Below, in pieces: positions 25,650 to 35,064 of a DNA stretch of 59,352 bases. Both the position numbers and the translations under genes were made by a program. The notes under the pieces are model-generated. The model was not told the DNA's origin. It worked only from the letters and a program-made list of their open reading frames with translations, and ran no database searches. This DNA is from a virus (Duplodnaviria; Caudoviricetes): IMG/VR virus record IMGVR_UViG_3300030406_001933, positions 1 to 59,352 of that record; one strand, given 5' to 3'. The first letter of the stretch is position 1. Every line of letters starts with the position of its first letter.

Positions 25650-25816
25650 TATGTTACCTTTATTTTAACTTCAACTTTCGTTGGGTTTTGATTGATTGGA
25701 ATTACTGATGGACCCCTGTCTTTCTTAGACGATAGACTAGGAATAATTTTTACTTTAGAGCTTCTACTTCCTTTTGGAACTAGCAAACTAGGACATTTAG
25801 TTATACCTCTGTGCAT
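25649..25816 (-). CDS. 55-aa basic protein (not in ORF track)
   Basis: MHRGITKCPSLLVPKGSRSSKVKIIP...EVKIKVT; TAATG coupling at both ends. Confidence 0.6.
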   Translation of the reverse strand: MHRGITKCPSLLVPKGSRSSKVKIIPSLSSKKDRGPSVIPINQNPTKVEVKIKVT

Positions 25817-26076
25817 TATGTTTTAACTCCTTCTATAACTTTTTTAGGAAAGACAACGCGTGGGACTACACCATCTGGGAATTGTTGACACTCTGTTTTA
25901 AAACTAAAAGGCATCGTGCTGGAATGAAATATCCCGTCTATCACATCTGCACTCCAACCTTCTAAAAATTTTTCGCATTGTGTTTGTTTCTCAAATCGTT
26001 CATCTTGATGGTATAAGCTTACGCATTCTCCGTTTATCCAACAAACGAATATAAGAGGAACAAATAAACTACCCAT
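25816..26076 (-). CDS. Hypothetical Cys-containing protein with hydrophobic N-terminus
   Basis: 86 aa, AAGGA SD. Confidence 0.65.
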   Translation of the reverse strand: MGSLFVPLIFVCWINGECVSLYHQDERFEKQTQCEKFLEGWSADVIDGIFHSSTMPFSFKTECQQFPDGVVPRVVFPKKVIEGVKT

Positions 26077-26119
26077 TTGTCTATCCTTTCATACACAAAT
26101 AATGTCAGAAATGTGCTAC

Positions 26120-26518
26120 TCAGTCGTCCTTTATTTTATGACCTTTTTGAATTAGGTATGCTTTGTATAACTTAACCCAATCTTCAGCACGCATTACAAC
26201 TAAACTTTCTTTTGTTTCCATTCTGTTTCGTCTACTAAATACGGCAGGCATCTCGGGTGCTCGCTGGGCAGCCTTACCTTTCTCTGCTTGTTCTATAGAC
26301 GCGTAAGGTGAAAACTTTTCTGTACGCTTTGCCTCTACCCATATATCTGGTGTGCCTGTTATGTCTGCGGACCCACCCCCCTGAAAAGACCGACCTCCTC
26401 CAGACAGCGGTGCTCTTAAAATCTTTTGGAACTCTTCGTCATAAAGTATCTCGTCTAAATACTTTGCAACCTCGCGTTCATACTTATCACCTTTAGCTTT
26501 AGGTCTTAGAAGTCCCAT
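26120..26518 (-). CDS. Holliday junction resolvase (PD-(D/E)xK, Hjc-like)
   Basis: KGDKYEREVA...GSADI...WVEAKR. Confidence 0.85.
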   Translation of the reverse strand: MGLLRPKAKGDKYEREVAKYLDEILYDEEFQKILRAPLSGGGRSFQGGGSADITGTPDIWVEAKRTEKFSPYASIEQAEKGKAAQRAPEMPAVFSRRNRMETKESLVVMRAEDWVKLYKAYLIQKGHKIKDD

Positions 26519-26826
26519 ATACTCTCACTTTCTTTGCTGAATTTTTCTTTACATTTCGTACATATATACTGCCATTTTGGGCGAGGCTTAGTACACTTGC
26601 ATTTCATACAAGGTCGTTCCCACATCTTCATATGTTTATCTGATGACAACGCAACTACATATTTCGCACCATCAAATTCTGCCAAGCCTTCTCTATGTAA
26701 TATTCTTTTAACGGTATCTACGCATATGCCAAGATGCCGTGCCATTTCAGTGTAAGGTTTATTTTGTTTGAGAGCCTTAGCCAGATATTCAAGATCACTT
26801 TTTGTGACCTTAACTGGCTTGCCCAT
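26506..26826 (-). CDS. HTH plus Zn-finger transcription regulator
   Basis: YTEMARHLGICVDTVKRIL HTH; CMKC...CTKC; AGGAGG SD. Confidence 0.75.
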   Translation of the reverse strand: MGKPVKVTKSDLEYLAKALKQNKPYTEMARHLGICVDTVKRILHREGLAEFDGAKYVVALSSDKHMKMWERPCMKCKCTKPRPKWQYICTKCKEKFSKESESIWDF

Positions 26827-26969
26827 ATACCCTCCTTTCTTGCAGTATACAAACTTTTATCGTTATACCTTAAAGTTATTGATTTTCCTAACAAAAATGA
26901 GGGAGCGACAGCTCCCGATTTGGGTTGTCCTTGAAAAAAAGTTTGACGACTAGCTTGACAGGATGGTAC

Positions 26970-27051
26970 ACCTATTAGACTAATACACTTACAGCATCTT
27001 TTGGACTTCGTCCAAAGATGTTTTGTTAGTAGTTCTAATAGTCTATTAGGT
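26970..27051. other. Long imperfect hairpin at the end of the primase-polymerase gene (candidate origin/priming site or terminator)
   Basis: ACCTATTAGACTA...CATCTTTTGGAC-TTC-GTCCAAAGATG...TAGTCTATTAGGT; extra hairpin GGGAGC-GACA-GCTCCC near 26901. Confidence 0.55.
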
Positions 27052-29067
27052 TTCTTCATTATCAATACCCAACCACCTCTTAATTTCATAAGCAGGAACC
27101 TTAATCTCTCTACTTATTTGTGTAGGATTTTTACCGTCAGTTAATGATAATTTTAATGCTTGTTGTTTTTTAGATTTAGTTGACACTATATACTTCTTTC
27201 CATCAATCAGACTTTCACACCAACCAACATAATGTGTTTGATGCAGTTCTGTCTGCTGCCTGATCTTTCCAAAAGATATTTGTGTAACCATAGACAACCT
27301 AGAATCAGCCTTCATTTGAGCTTTCAAATAATTATATGGAGAAAACTCTCTGCCATCTAATGTCCAGATTGTTAGATCGCTATCTACCAAACCAGCTTTA
27401 GCTTTAGCTTCAGCTTTGTTTTCGTAGACTTGGGTGACGAATACCTGGGTATCAACATCAGTTAACTGAGCCGTAGACCCAGCTTCTCTACCCATTCCTC
27501 CTTCACCAGGTTTGTTACGATGATGAACAAGAATTACAGACACACCCATATTTCTTATCTGTTTTGCAACATAGTTAACCTTACCCCATTCTTTAGGACT
27601 TGCTTCTTCTAAACCACGAAAGGCATTACGAATTGTATCTATAACAATTATGTCAGGCTCTACAACTTTGAGCCAATTACCTAGTAGTTTGAAATCCTTT
27701 TCTTCAAGTAAGTTTATTTCTCCACCATCTTCAGGGTTAATTAAAGTCGGCGACCATAAAGCATAGTGCTCGTTAGTATCACCGAATGTTTTGTTGAACT
27801 CTTGCATACGCCTAAGTGCAGTTCTTCTTGGATTGTCGTAATCCATATAGAAGATTTTAGCAGGTCTACCCATTTCATATGGACCAAAACTTTCATTACC
27901 TGCTGACAAAGCTGTAAGCATAGCCGATAGAAAATAAGATTTTCCGTGACCATTGAATCCAACAACTTGAGTAATAGTAGCCTCGGGTACTAAGGGATTG
28001 CACCAATAAGGCTCGTCCACCATCTCTTTAAGGAGCCTTTCCACAGCGTTTATATAAATAGGGACAAGTCTTGACGAGGCTACATTCTTTGTGTCATCTA
28101 CCTTCTTTTCAGAGTCTATGCGATCACCAGATTCGTCATAGTCCTCTGGATAGTTTCGTCTATCTAATTGATAGGCAGATTCCATTTTAGTCCTAAGCCA
28201 TCTCTCTGTTTCTTCATTAGAGTATGACTCAGAGTCAAAGAATTTTTCGTGATAGTTTAAAACAGATTGATATAAGTCCTCTTTAATGACTCCTCTTCTT
28301 ACCATCTGTCCACAATATCTTATCATCCAATCATCAGTCGCATCTCCAATACGAAGTTTACGACCCAAAATGGACACTCTATTTTCTGTCTGATCCCAGA
28401 TAGACATAGAGTCTGCGATTGAAGCAACCTTCACATCGCTTAAATCTAATTTATCAAAAGAAAAATTTTCTTCTGATTTAATATCAGTTGGAGTACCTTT
28501 CCATACAAACTCGTCTATATCTTCAAAGTCAAAACCTTCAGCAAGATTCCATTTGTATTGATGTGTAATAGTTTTTTCTTTTAACTTTATGGAAGGAGGC
28601 ATAACTACATAGCCTCCATCTCCACGCAAGTCTAAACCTTTTATGTCTACCCAATCACGAGCAACTCCACCAACTTTGTTAGCGAACTTCTTTCCGTGTA
28701 ATGGATGTTTCCAATAATAGTGATAGCCTCTTGTTGTCTTGACGGCGATAGGAGATACTAGATTATGTTTCTTTGCATAAGCTACTGCATCTTCATTATC
28801 ACAATCTAAAACTATAAGACCACTTATAGCACCAGTAACCAGTGCTAAATTAAATACTTCTACACGCCTGCCAGATGAAGTAGGTGCTCCTTCTAAGAAC
28901 CACTCCTCTACTTCTTCTTGTGTAGTAGGTGTTGTTTGATATTTCTTCCAATCGTTTAGAGGTATCTTTCCTGATATGGAAAGTGGTATTATAGTCCAAC
29001 CTCTATCTATTGCATTACAAGCTTCATCATATAATAAAGCTTTAAACTTTTCTTTTTCGTTTGCCAT
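27046..29067 (-). CDS. Bifunctional primase-polymerase fused to RecA-family (AAA_25/RepA-like) helicase
   Basis: Prim-Pol motifs NLALVTG, VLDCD, TTRGYHYY, DLRGDGGYVVMPPS; Walker A GFNGHGKS, IVIDT, LVHHRNK, GSTAQ; start moved to ATG 29067 (GAGGA SD). Confidence 0.92.
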   Translation of the reverse strand: MANEKEKFKALLYDEACNAIDRGWTIIPLSISGKIPLNDWKKYQTTPTTQEEVEEWFLEGAPTSSGRRVEVFNLALVTGAISGLIVLDCDNEDAVAYAKKHNLVSPIAVKTTRGYHYYWKHPLHGKKFANKVGGVARDWVDIKGLDLRGDGGYVVMPPSIKLKEKTITHQYKWNLAEGFDFEDIDEFVWKGTPTDIKSEENFSFDKLDLSDVKVASIADSMSIWDQTENRVSILGRKLRIGDATDDWMIRYCGQMVRRGVIKEDLYQSVLNYHEKFFDSESYSNEETERWLRTKMESAYQLDRRNYPEDYDESGDRIDSEKKVDDTKNVASSRLVPIYINAVERLLKEMVDEPYWCNPLVPEATITQVVGFNGHGKSYFLSAMLTALSAGNESFGPYEMGRPAKIFYMDYDNPRRTALRRMQEFNKTFGDTNEHYALWSPTLINPEDGGEINLLEEKDFKLLGNWLKVVEPDIIVIDTIRNAFRGLEEASPKEWGKVNYVAKQIRNMGVSVILVHHRNKPGEGGMGREAGSTAQLTDVDTQVFVTQVYENKAEAKAKAGLVDSDLTIWTLDGREFSPYNYLKAQMKADSRLSMVTQISFGKIRQQTELHQTHYVGWCESLIDGKKYIVSTKSKKQQALKLSLTDGKNPTQISREIKVPAYEIKRWLGIDNEET

Positions 29068-29257
29068 TAGTGTCATCCTCAAAGTAATCGTCAATACATA
29101 TGTCTGGGTTAACCTCTTTGATTTTCTCAAAGTGCCAACTGGTCATATATCTTGTGTTAATCATTCTATATGGAGCCGTACGAGGTTTACGAAGAACCTC
29201 GGCGATCTTACGAACTCCTCCTGCATCTTCTATAAATTTCTTTGCATTAAACTTCAT
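29042..29257 (-). CDS. Cro-like small DNA-binding protein
   Basis: FIEDAGGVRKIAEVL...APYRM pattern; ATG 29257 with AGGAG SD; first gene from the divergent promoter. Confidence 0.7.
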   Translation of the reverse strand: MKFNAKKFIEDAGGVRKIAEVLRKPRTAPYRMINTRYMTSWHFEKIKEVNPDICIDDYFEDDTNGKRKRKV

Positions 29258-29292
29258 CTCTACTCCTGTTAGTATTATGGTAGATTTCATAT

Positions 29293-29377
29293 TGTCATAC
29301 ATATAAGACAAAAACAATATGTATAATATATGCTACAATACTTTATCGGTTATACTCCTTGTATTATATATGATACT
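29293..29377. promoter_or_regulatory. Divergent promoter region with three 18-bp operator-like palindromes
   Basis: TGTCATACATATAAGACA (29293), TGTATAATATATGCTACA (29320), TGTATTATATATGATACT (29360). Confidence 0.65.
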
Positions 29378-29410
29378 GGTGTAGTGTAAGATTACTATTA
29401 ACATAAAAGG

Positions 29411-29821
29411 ATGGTTATTATGAGCGATTGGGAACAATTTGAATCCGATACCGAGAATGCTCCTATATCTCAAAAGATTGAGGAGTTGAAAGAAAGAAAG
29501 AGGAAGCAAGAAGATAATGCCAAAGCTATTGAAAAGTTAGAAGCAGATCTAGTTGCAGAATTTCCAGAGGAGTTCGGAGAGCAAACAAGAGTTTATGGTA
29601 AAGATGTCGTTACTATAAATAGACAAGAACGATTCCATTGGGATCAAGACATACTTGAAGAGTTATTCAAGAGTGGGAAACTTCCTGCACATATAAAGAA
29701 AAGACTCACCGTTGAAAAGAGAACCTTCCAAAAACTAACTGAAGCAGAACAAAAGGAACTACAGCCTGCGTTAACTCGTAAGCCTGGTCCTATTTCTGTC
29801 AAACTAACAAGGAGTAGCTAA
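29411..29821 (+). CDS. Hypothetical coiled-coil protein of the recombination module
   Basis: 136 aa preceding the Sak4-like gene. Confidence 0.75.
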   Translation: MVIMSDWEQFESDTENAPISQKIEELKERKRKQEDNAKAIEKLEADLVAEFPEEFGEQTRVYGKDVVTINRQERFHWDQDILEELFKSGKLPAHIKKRLTVEKRTFQKLTEAEQKELQPALTRKPGPISVKLTRSS

Positions 29822-30624
29822 TGTTTGAACCATTAAATACAGCAGGCGATGATACAGCTAAAAGAAAGGTTCTTTTATATGGTCATCACGGGTGGGGTAA
29901 AACCACTCAATTAAAATATTTCCAAGAACATTTTGGTAAAGGGTTTATATTTTCTGGAGAGAGTGGACTATCGTCTATTCGTTCAGCAGGTATTGACTAC
30001 CTACCTTTTTCATCTTGGGATGATCCATCAGACCCTAAGAAAGGAAAGTATTCTTTTAAGGATATTTTCAAATGGACAAAGTCAGAGGACTTTAAAAAGA
30101 AAGGGTACTCTTGGATAGGTATAGATAGTTTAACAGAACTATCTGATCTTTCTTATCAACACGCTGAGAAAGAAGAAAAGATAAGAGCAGAGAAACTTGG
30201 TAAGAAAAACCCAGATGGTTTTGCCGTGTGGGGTAATCACGCTTCTCAACTTATTGGTGCTTGTAAAGCCATAAGGGATATGAATATGCACTGCATAGTC
30301 ACTGCTCTTGCAAAAGAATCTACAGACGACAATGGTAATGTGGACTACTGGTGTATGATTGCAGGTAAAGCAACTATGCAACAACTACCAGGAATCTTTG
30401 ATTGTGTTTTCTGTGGTGTAAGGGTCACTCAAGAGATTGAGGGCAGGCAACAAGTTCTTCGTTATGTTATCACTGATGAAGTAAGAGGTTGGCACGGCAA
30501 GGTGCGTGATGAAAAGCGTAGACTTAAAGCAGTAGAAAAAACTGGTAATATCGTGGAACTTCTGAAGCGTCTAGATATGGACGATGACGAGTACAATAAA
30601 CTTAAAACTAAGGAGAAAAAATAA
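29821..30624 (+). CDS. Sak4-like / AAA_24 ATPase (ssDNA annealing)
   Basis: KVLLYGHHGWGKTT, ESGLSSI, IGIDSLTE, LPGIFD, KVRD. Confidence 0.88.
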   Translation: MFEPLNTAGDDTAKRKVLLYGHHGWGKTTQLKYFQEHFGKGFIFSGESGLSSIRSAGIDYLPFSSWDDPSDPKKGKYSFKDIFKWTKSEDFKKKGYSWIGIDSLTELSDLSYQHAEKEEKIRAEKLGKKNPDGFAVWGNHASQLIGACKAIRDMNMHCIVTALAKESTDDNGNVDYWCMIAGKATMQQLPGIFDCVFCGVRVTQEIEGRQQVLRYVITDEVRGWHGKVRDEKRRLKAVEKTGNIVELLKRLDMDDDEYNKLKTKEKK

Positions 30625-31127
30625 TGGCGTTTAATTTTAGAGAACTGAATTTGAGTGGAGTTGATATATCTTCAGCACCTCAAATCCTACAACCAGGCAG
30701 ATATGTAGTAACAATTACAGATGCCTTTATTAAACAAACAAGGAATGGTGGTTCAGCAGTAGAACTATCTTTAACAGATGTTAAAGGTCAAGGAACTCTA
30801 CGAGCTTGGATCAATGTAAATGTACCTTCAAGTCAGACAGCTACAAGGATTGGAAGAGAGCAATTAAAAGCTTTACTTATACACGGGGGTCATCCAACTC
30901 CAGACAATCCATCTGACATAGCTTCTCTTAAAGGTTTGAAAGTTGGTGCTTCTGTCCAGAAGGATACTTACACTATGGACGGAGAAGAAAGGACTGGTTC
31001 TAAATTAAAAGGATTTTTTGATCCTTCTGAAATAGATCCAGATACACCAAAGAAGTCCTCCCCAGGGACTGGTATGACTGAATCTGTAGACAAAGATGAT
31101 TCTGCAGACGAAGCTATACCATTCTAA
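30624..31127 (+). CDS. Single-stranded DNA-binding protein (DUF669-like)
   Basis: LQPGRYVVTITDA...IGREQLKAL; acidic tail ending DEAIPF; follows Sak4. Confidence 0.8.
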   Translation: MAFNFRELNLSGVDISSAPQILQPGRYVVTITDAFIKQTRNGGSAVELSLTDVKGQGTLRAWINVNVPSSQTATRIGREQLKALLIHGGHPTPDNPSDIASLKGLKVGASVQKDTYTMDGEERTGSKLKGFFDPSEIDPDTPKKSSPGTGMTESVDKDDSADEAIPF

Positions 31128-31133
31128 CTTTGC

Positions 31134-31172
31134 TAGCAGGGTAGACATTTTTGTCTGCTCTGCTATTTTTTT
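31134..31172 (+). terminator. Rho-independent terminator
   Basis: 14-bp stem TAGCAGGGTAGACA/TGTCTGCTCTGCTA plus T7. Confidence 0.85.
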
Positions 31173-31188
31173 CTTAAAGGAACAAAGT

Positions 31189-31995
31189 ATGAACCTCGCG
31201 GATCTAATTAATCAAGCGTATGAGAAAGAAGAAAAGGATAACCCACAAAAGGCTAGGTCTTATATAGGTGCTAGTATTGTAGGTAATCCTTGCGAGGCTC
31301 TTATTGCCTTTTCTCTTCGTGGCTTTCCAGATAGTTCAATAGGTTATAGACTTAAAAGAATTTTCCGTGATGGTCATAGAATAGAAGATGATGTCATCAG
31401 AGATATTAAAAAGACAGGCGTAGCAGTTATGGAAAAAGATCCATTTACTGGTAAGCAGTGGGCATTTGATGGATTTGGTGGACACGCAGTTGGTCACGCT
31501 GACGGAATGCTTGGACCTATAGACCAAGACTCTAAACTTTTAGAGATTAAAAGTATGAACGATAACAAGTTCAAAGAGTTTTCTACTAAAGGTGTTAAGT
31601 ATAGTCATAGACACTACTATTCTCAGGTTCAATTTATGTTAGGTTTAGGAAAATTAAACGAATGTGTATTTATATCTTACAATAAAAACAACTCTGAATA
31701 TCACTCCGAGCTTATCCGATACGATGAGTTTTACTATAACGATCTTTGTGCCAAAGTTGAGAGGGTTCTCAATGGAGAAGCAAGGAAAATATCAAACGAC
31801 CCTACAGATTGGAGATGTAGGGGATGTTTTAAGAGGGATGTATGTTGGGAAGAAAAAGAAGTAAAACAAACAATGAAAACTTGCAAGAACTACCAGCCGA
31901 AACTAGCGGGGGGATGGACTTGCAATCTTGGTTGTCAGGAAGAGTGCCAGAAATGGGAGAGATTTCAGCCTCTGCCAAAGACTTCCAATATCTAG
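31189..31995 (+). CDS. PD-(D/E)xK exonuclease (Cas4/YqaJ-like)
   Basis: YIGASIVGNPC...GHRIE...GHADG...LEIKS...YSQVQFM...CRGCFKRDVC. Confidence 0.85.
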   Translation: MNLADLINQAYEKEEKDNPQKARSYIGASIVGNPCEALIAFSLRGFPDSSIGYRLKRIFRDGHRIEDDVIRDIKKTGVAVMEKDPFTGKQWAFDGFGGHAVGHADGMLGPIDQDSKLLEIKSMNDNKFKEFSTKGVKYSHRHYYSQVQFMLGLGKLNECVFISYNKNNSEYHSELIRYDEFYYNDLCAKVERVLNGEARKISNDPTDWRCRGCFKRDVCWEEKEVKQTMKTCKNYQPKLAGGWTCNLGCQEECQKWERFQPLPKTSNI

Positions 31996-32360
31996 CCTGT
32001 CCGTATTCGTTAAACAATACGGCAGATAGTGAAGAGATGAAGAACAGGTATGAACAAGTGACTAGGTGTACTTATAAGCTGTTGAAAACTGGATTAAATA
32101 TTTATAGTCCTATCACATATCATCACGCAATACAGAGAGTATGTGGTATAATAAAAGCACCAACAAGGTTTTGGCTTGAGTTGGATTTTGGTATACTTAA
32201 ACACGCGAAAGGAATGTTTGTTTTAATGTTAGATGGATGGCAAAATAGCATCGGTGTAACTCGGGAGATAGAGTTCTGTAGACATCATAACATACCTATA
32301 TCTTTCATACATCCTGATGCTTATATTTTAACAGGAAAAGAAGATGACCAAAAACATTGA
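31953..32360 (+). CDS. DUF1937 / nucleoside 2-deoxyribosyltransferase-fold protein
   Basis: YLACPYS...IYSPITYHH...W-x-x-S-x-GV-x-x-EI; start uncertain. Confidence 0.75.
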   Translation: MGEISASAKDFQYLACPYSLNNTADSEEMKNRYEQVTRCTYKLLKTGLNIYSPITYHHAIQRVCGIIKAPTRFWLELDFGILKHAKGMFVLMLDGWQNSIGVTREIEFCRHHNIPISFIHPDAYILTGKEDDQKH

Positions 32361-32547
32361 AGTTGACATTGTCAAATTAGAGCACGAGATTTCTAGCGTC
32401 AAAGAAAGAATACGAGATGTTGAATGGAAGATTGAAAACAATCAACCTGTAGACCCTGATGCTAGAACAAAAGCTCAAGACAAACTTAGACATTTAACTA
32501 GAGAACTTACAGAATTAAGAGTTCAGAAGGTACTTAATGCGTCCTAA
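32344..32547 (+). CDS. Small coiled-coil protein
   Basis: 67 aa helical hairpin pattern. Confidence 0.6.
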   Translation: MTKNIEVDIVKLEHEISSVKERIRDVEWKIENNQPVDPDARTKAQDKLRHLTRELTELRVQKVLNAS

Positions 32548-33061
32548 GATAGTAGGTATTACAGGTTATATTGGTAGTGGTAAAACACTATTGGCAGACG
32601 CATTGTGTTCCAAACATAACTTCACAAAACTAAAGATGGCATATCCAATTAAAAAGATGTTGTCATCTGTTGGTCTATCATACTCGCATCTTGAAGGTGC
32701 TAATAAAGAAATTGAAGCAGAATTATTATGTGGCAAGACACCTAGATTTGCTATGCAAACACTTGGCACAGAATGGGGAAGAAAGATTATTGGTGACAAT
32801 ATATGGGTAAACCTATGGTCTACCAAAGCAAAAGAACTAACATCTATGAACCAGGGAGTCGTTGCTGATGATGTTAGATTTGAAAACGAAGTAAAGATTA
32901 TAAAAGATATGGGTGGTATTATAGTTAGAATGACTAGACCATCTTCAGTCAAGACATCTCACGAATCAGAGAGTCAAGACTTTGACGCAGACTTAGTTAT
33001 AGAGAACAATGGGACTACAGAAAAGGTAATAAACTTTATACCTAAGATATTACAATTGTGA
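32537..33061 (+). CDS. Deoxynucleoside monophosphate kinase
   Basis: GITGYIGSGKT, TPRFAMQTLGTEWGR, DDVRFENE, HESE. Confidence 0.92.
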   Translation: MRPKIVGITGYIGSGKTLLADALCSKHNFTKLKMAYPIKKMLSSVGLSYSHLEGANKEIEAELLCGKTPRFAMQTLGTEWGRKIIGDNIWVNLWSTKAKELTSMNQGVVADDVRFENEVKIIKDMGGIIVRMTRPSSVKTSHESESQDFDADLVIENNGTTEKVINFIPKILQL

Positions 33062-33067
33062 TATAAT
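33059..33067 (+). promoter_or_regulatory. Extended -10 promoter element for lysis genes
   Basis: TG-A-TATAAT just upstream of the AAGGAGG SD of the holin. Confidence 0.45.
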
Positions 33068-33082
33068 AACAAAGGAGGCTAT

Positions 33083-33520
33083 ATGCTATCACTACTAGGA
33101 TCATTACTTGGATTTGGTACTTCCTTTCTCCCAAAACTACTTGGGTTCTTTGAAGAAAAGAGAGATCAAGCTCACGAACTCAAGTTAATGGATAAACAAT
33201 TAGAACAACAAATCAAACTTGGAGAGCAGAAATTACAATTTATGAATGTTGAAGCTGACATTCGTGAAACAGAAGCTCTACAAAAAAGCCAAACAAAGAT
33301 GACGGTCAAGTCATCACAATGGGTTATTAACCTATCTTCTAGTGTTAGACCTATAATGACATACCTTTTGTTTTTAGAATTTATGATTCTAACATTTATG
33401 TTAGCGTTCAATTCTATAGACTTAGAAATGTATAATAGAATTTGGTCTAATGAGATACAAGCAGTGTGGGCTGCAGTTGTTTCTTTCTGGTTTGGTCAAA
33501 GAAGTTTCAATAGAAAATGA
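33083..33520 (+). CDS. Holin (3TM-like)
   Basis: MLSLLGSLLGFGTSFLP...SVRP...FWFGQR; directly upstream of lysozyme. Confidence 0.75.
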   Translation: MLSLLGSLLGFGTSFLPKLLGFFEEKRDQAHELKLMDKQLEQQIKLGEQKLQFMNVEADIRETEALQKSQTKMTVKSSQWVINLSSSVRPIMTYLLFLEFMILTFMLAFNSIDLEMYNRIWSNEIQAVWAAVVSFWFGQRSFNRK

Positions 33521-33966
33521 AGATCAACGCAGAAGGTTTAAATATAATAAAACACTTTGAGGGTTTTTCTCCTACCGTATACCTATGTCCAGCTAATCGT
33601 TGGACTATAGGTTATGGCTCTACTTGGGATAAACAAAGAAAGCCAGTGACCAAATCCCACCCACCTATCACAGAAGAAGATGGAGAATACCTACTAAGGC
33701 AAGAACTAGACCATTGTTATTACGCTATAGACAAGCTAGTTACTGCAGAAATTACAGAAAATATGCACTCTGCCCTATGTTCTTTTATATTCAATGTTGG
33801 TAGTGGTAATTTCCAAAGCTCTACAATGCGTATGAAATTAAATCGTGGCAACTACGAGGGTGCGTCTGCTGAGTTTCCTAAGTGGAGAAGAGCAGGTGGC
33901 AAGATCCTACAAGGTTTAGTCCGTAGAAGGACGATGGAAAGAGAGCTTTTTGATATAGATATATAA
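33517..33966 (+). CDS. Endolysin, GH24 lysozyme
   Basis: IKHFEG...YLCPA...TIGYG, ALCSFIFNVG, GLVRRR-x-x-E. Confidence 0.95.
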   Translation: MKINAEGLNIIKHFEGFSPTVYLCPANRWTIGYGSTWDKQRKPVTKSHPPITEEDGEYLLRQELDHCYYAIDKLVTAEITENMHSALCSFIFNVGSGNFQSSTMRMKLNRGNYEGASAEFPKWRRAGGKILQGLVRRRTMERELFDIDI

Positions 33967-33984
33967 AACAAGGAGATTTTATAT

Positions 33985-34275
33985 ATGATGAATCCACAAG
34001 CTTTTAACCCTAATCCTACATCTGCGGAAGTAGATCCACAGATGACACAAAAAATAAGTGAAATCTTTAAAAGGTATATGAGTGGCAAGAATAATCCTGC
34101 TTATATGATACCACCTGAAGCTATGAATTTAGAGATAGCTCAAGCATTGGCTATGAAAAATAGAATGGTTCCACCTACACAATTGCAACATCAGAAAAGC
34201 TTAGAAGATACTGGTAAGACTTTGGCTAAAGTTATACAAGGTCTACAAATGCGTGTTATGGGGGAGCGTGGCTAA
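33985..34275 (+). CDS. Hypothetical protein
   Basis: 96 aa, AAGGAG SD, preceded by an AGGACGAT motif. Confidence 0.7.
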   Translation: MMNPQAFNPNPTSAEVDPQMTQKISEIFKRYMSGKNNPAYMIPPEAMNLEIAQALAMKNRMVPPTQLQHQKSLEDTGKTLAKVIQGLQMRVMGERG

Positions 34276-34402
34276 GAAGCACAAGTTTGGAGTAAATACT
34301 TTTGAACCTAAATCTAAAAAAAAAATAGGTAGACATAAAAAAAATATGAACAAAAGCGAAAAGCGAAACTATAAGCGTTACCGTGGACAAGGAGGCAGAT
34401 GA
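34268..34402 (+). CDS. 44-aa basic protein (not in ORF track)
   Basis: GTG start; MAKKHKFGVNTFEPKSKKKIGRHKKNMNKSEKRNYKRYRGQGGR; ATGA overlap with the next gene. Confidence 0.65.
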   Translation: MAKKHKFGVNTFEPKSKKKIGRHKKNMNKSEKRNYKRYRGQGGR

Positions 34403-34761
34403 AAGTAAGCGATAGTACCTCAGTATCTATGCCAATTAAAAATATGATAGGGATAATAGTTGGGGTTAGTATGGGAATATTCGCTTACACTGAGATAACA
34501 GCTAGACTTACATCTTTAGAAACAAGTCGTGAGCTGATGAATGCAGATCTGCTAAAAGCATCAGAACAAACTACCGTAGACAAAGAACAATTTATCTTGA
34601 TTGAGGATCTTTATAAGACTACAGATCAACACACAGAATTGTTAAATAAAAACATTCACAATCAAGTTATGTTACAACATTTAGAAAAACAATTAGAGAA
34701 AGCTTCTGCTGATATAGAAGAACTTAAAGACAAAGTGAGGGCAAATGGAAATAGTCATTAG
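34399..34761 (+). CDS. Single-TM coiled-coil membrane protein
   Basis: MKVSDSTSVSMPIKNMIGIIVGV...; AGGAGG SD. Confidence 0.75.
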   Translation: MKVSDSTSVSMPIKNMIGIIVGVSMGIFAYTEITARLTSLETSRELMNADLLKASEQTTVDKEQFILIEDLYKTTDQHTELLNKNIHNQVMLQHLEKQLEKASADIEELKDKVRANGNSH

Positions 34762-34972
34762 TTTATTAATGTTTTTAGGGCAACCTAATCACGATGTATT
34801 AAAAGAACATCTTTATGTTCAAGATCAAAAGATGGCAACCTGTTTAAAAATGAAAAGGCTTGCTGAAAGAACTAGCTCTGCTCGTTATCAATGTGCAAAA
34901 GTAAAAGCTGTTGTTGTCGTAGACGAGTATTCAGGTGAAAAGAAAATAACTTCTATAGCTAGTATGGATTAA
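34745..34972 (+). CDS. Small protein with hydrophobic N-terminus and two Cys
   Basis: 75 aa, CLKMKR...YQC. Confidence 0.7.
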   Translation: MEIVISLLMFLGQPNHDVLKEHLYVQDQKMATCLKMKRLAERTSSARYQCAKVKAVVVVDEYSGEKKITSIASMD

Positions 34973-35064
34973 TGACAGCTGAACTAGGATTATTAATGTT
35001 CTTTTATAATATGGGTGCTTTACTTATAGGTGCTATTATAGTTTATTACTTTATCAATTCTTAA
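34972..35064 (+). CDS. 30-aa membrane peptide (not in ORF track)
   Basis: MTAELGLLMFFYNMGALLIGAIIVYYFINS; TAATG coupling. Confidence 0.5.
   Translation: MTAELGLLMFFYNMGALLIGAIIVYYFINS

Noticed and set aside
31189-31995. CRISPR-Cas system (Cas4-like nuclease)
   Set aside because: No repeat-spacer array or other cas genes; it sits in the usual Sak4-SSB-exonuclease recombination module.
34399-34972. Rz/Rz1 spanin pair
   Set aside because: Position and TM/coiled-coil fit an i-spanin, but the second gene lacks a lipobox Cys after its hydrophobic stretch.
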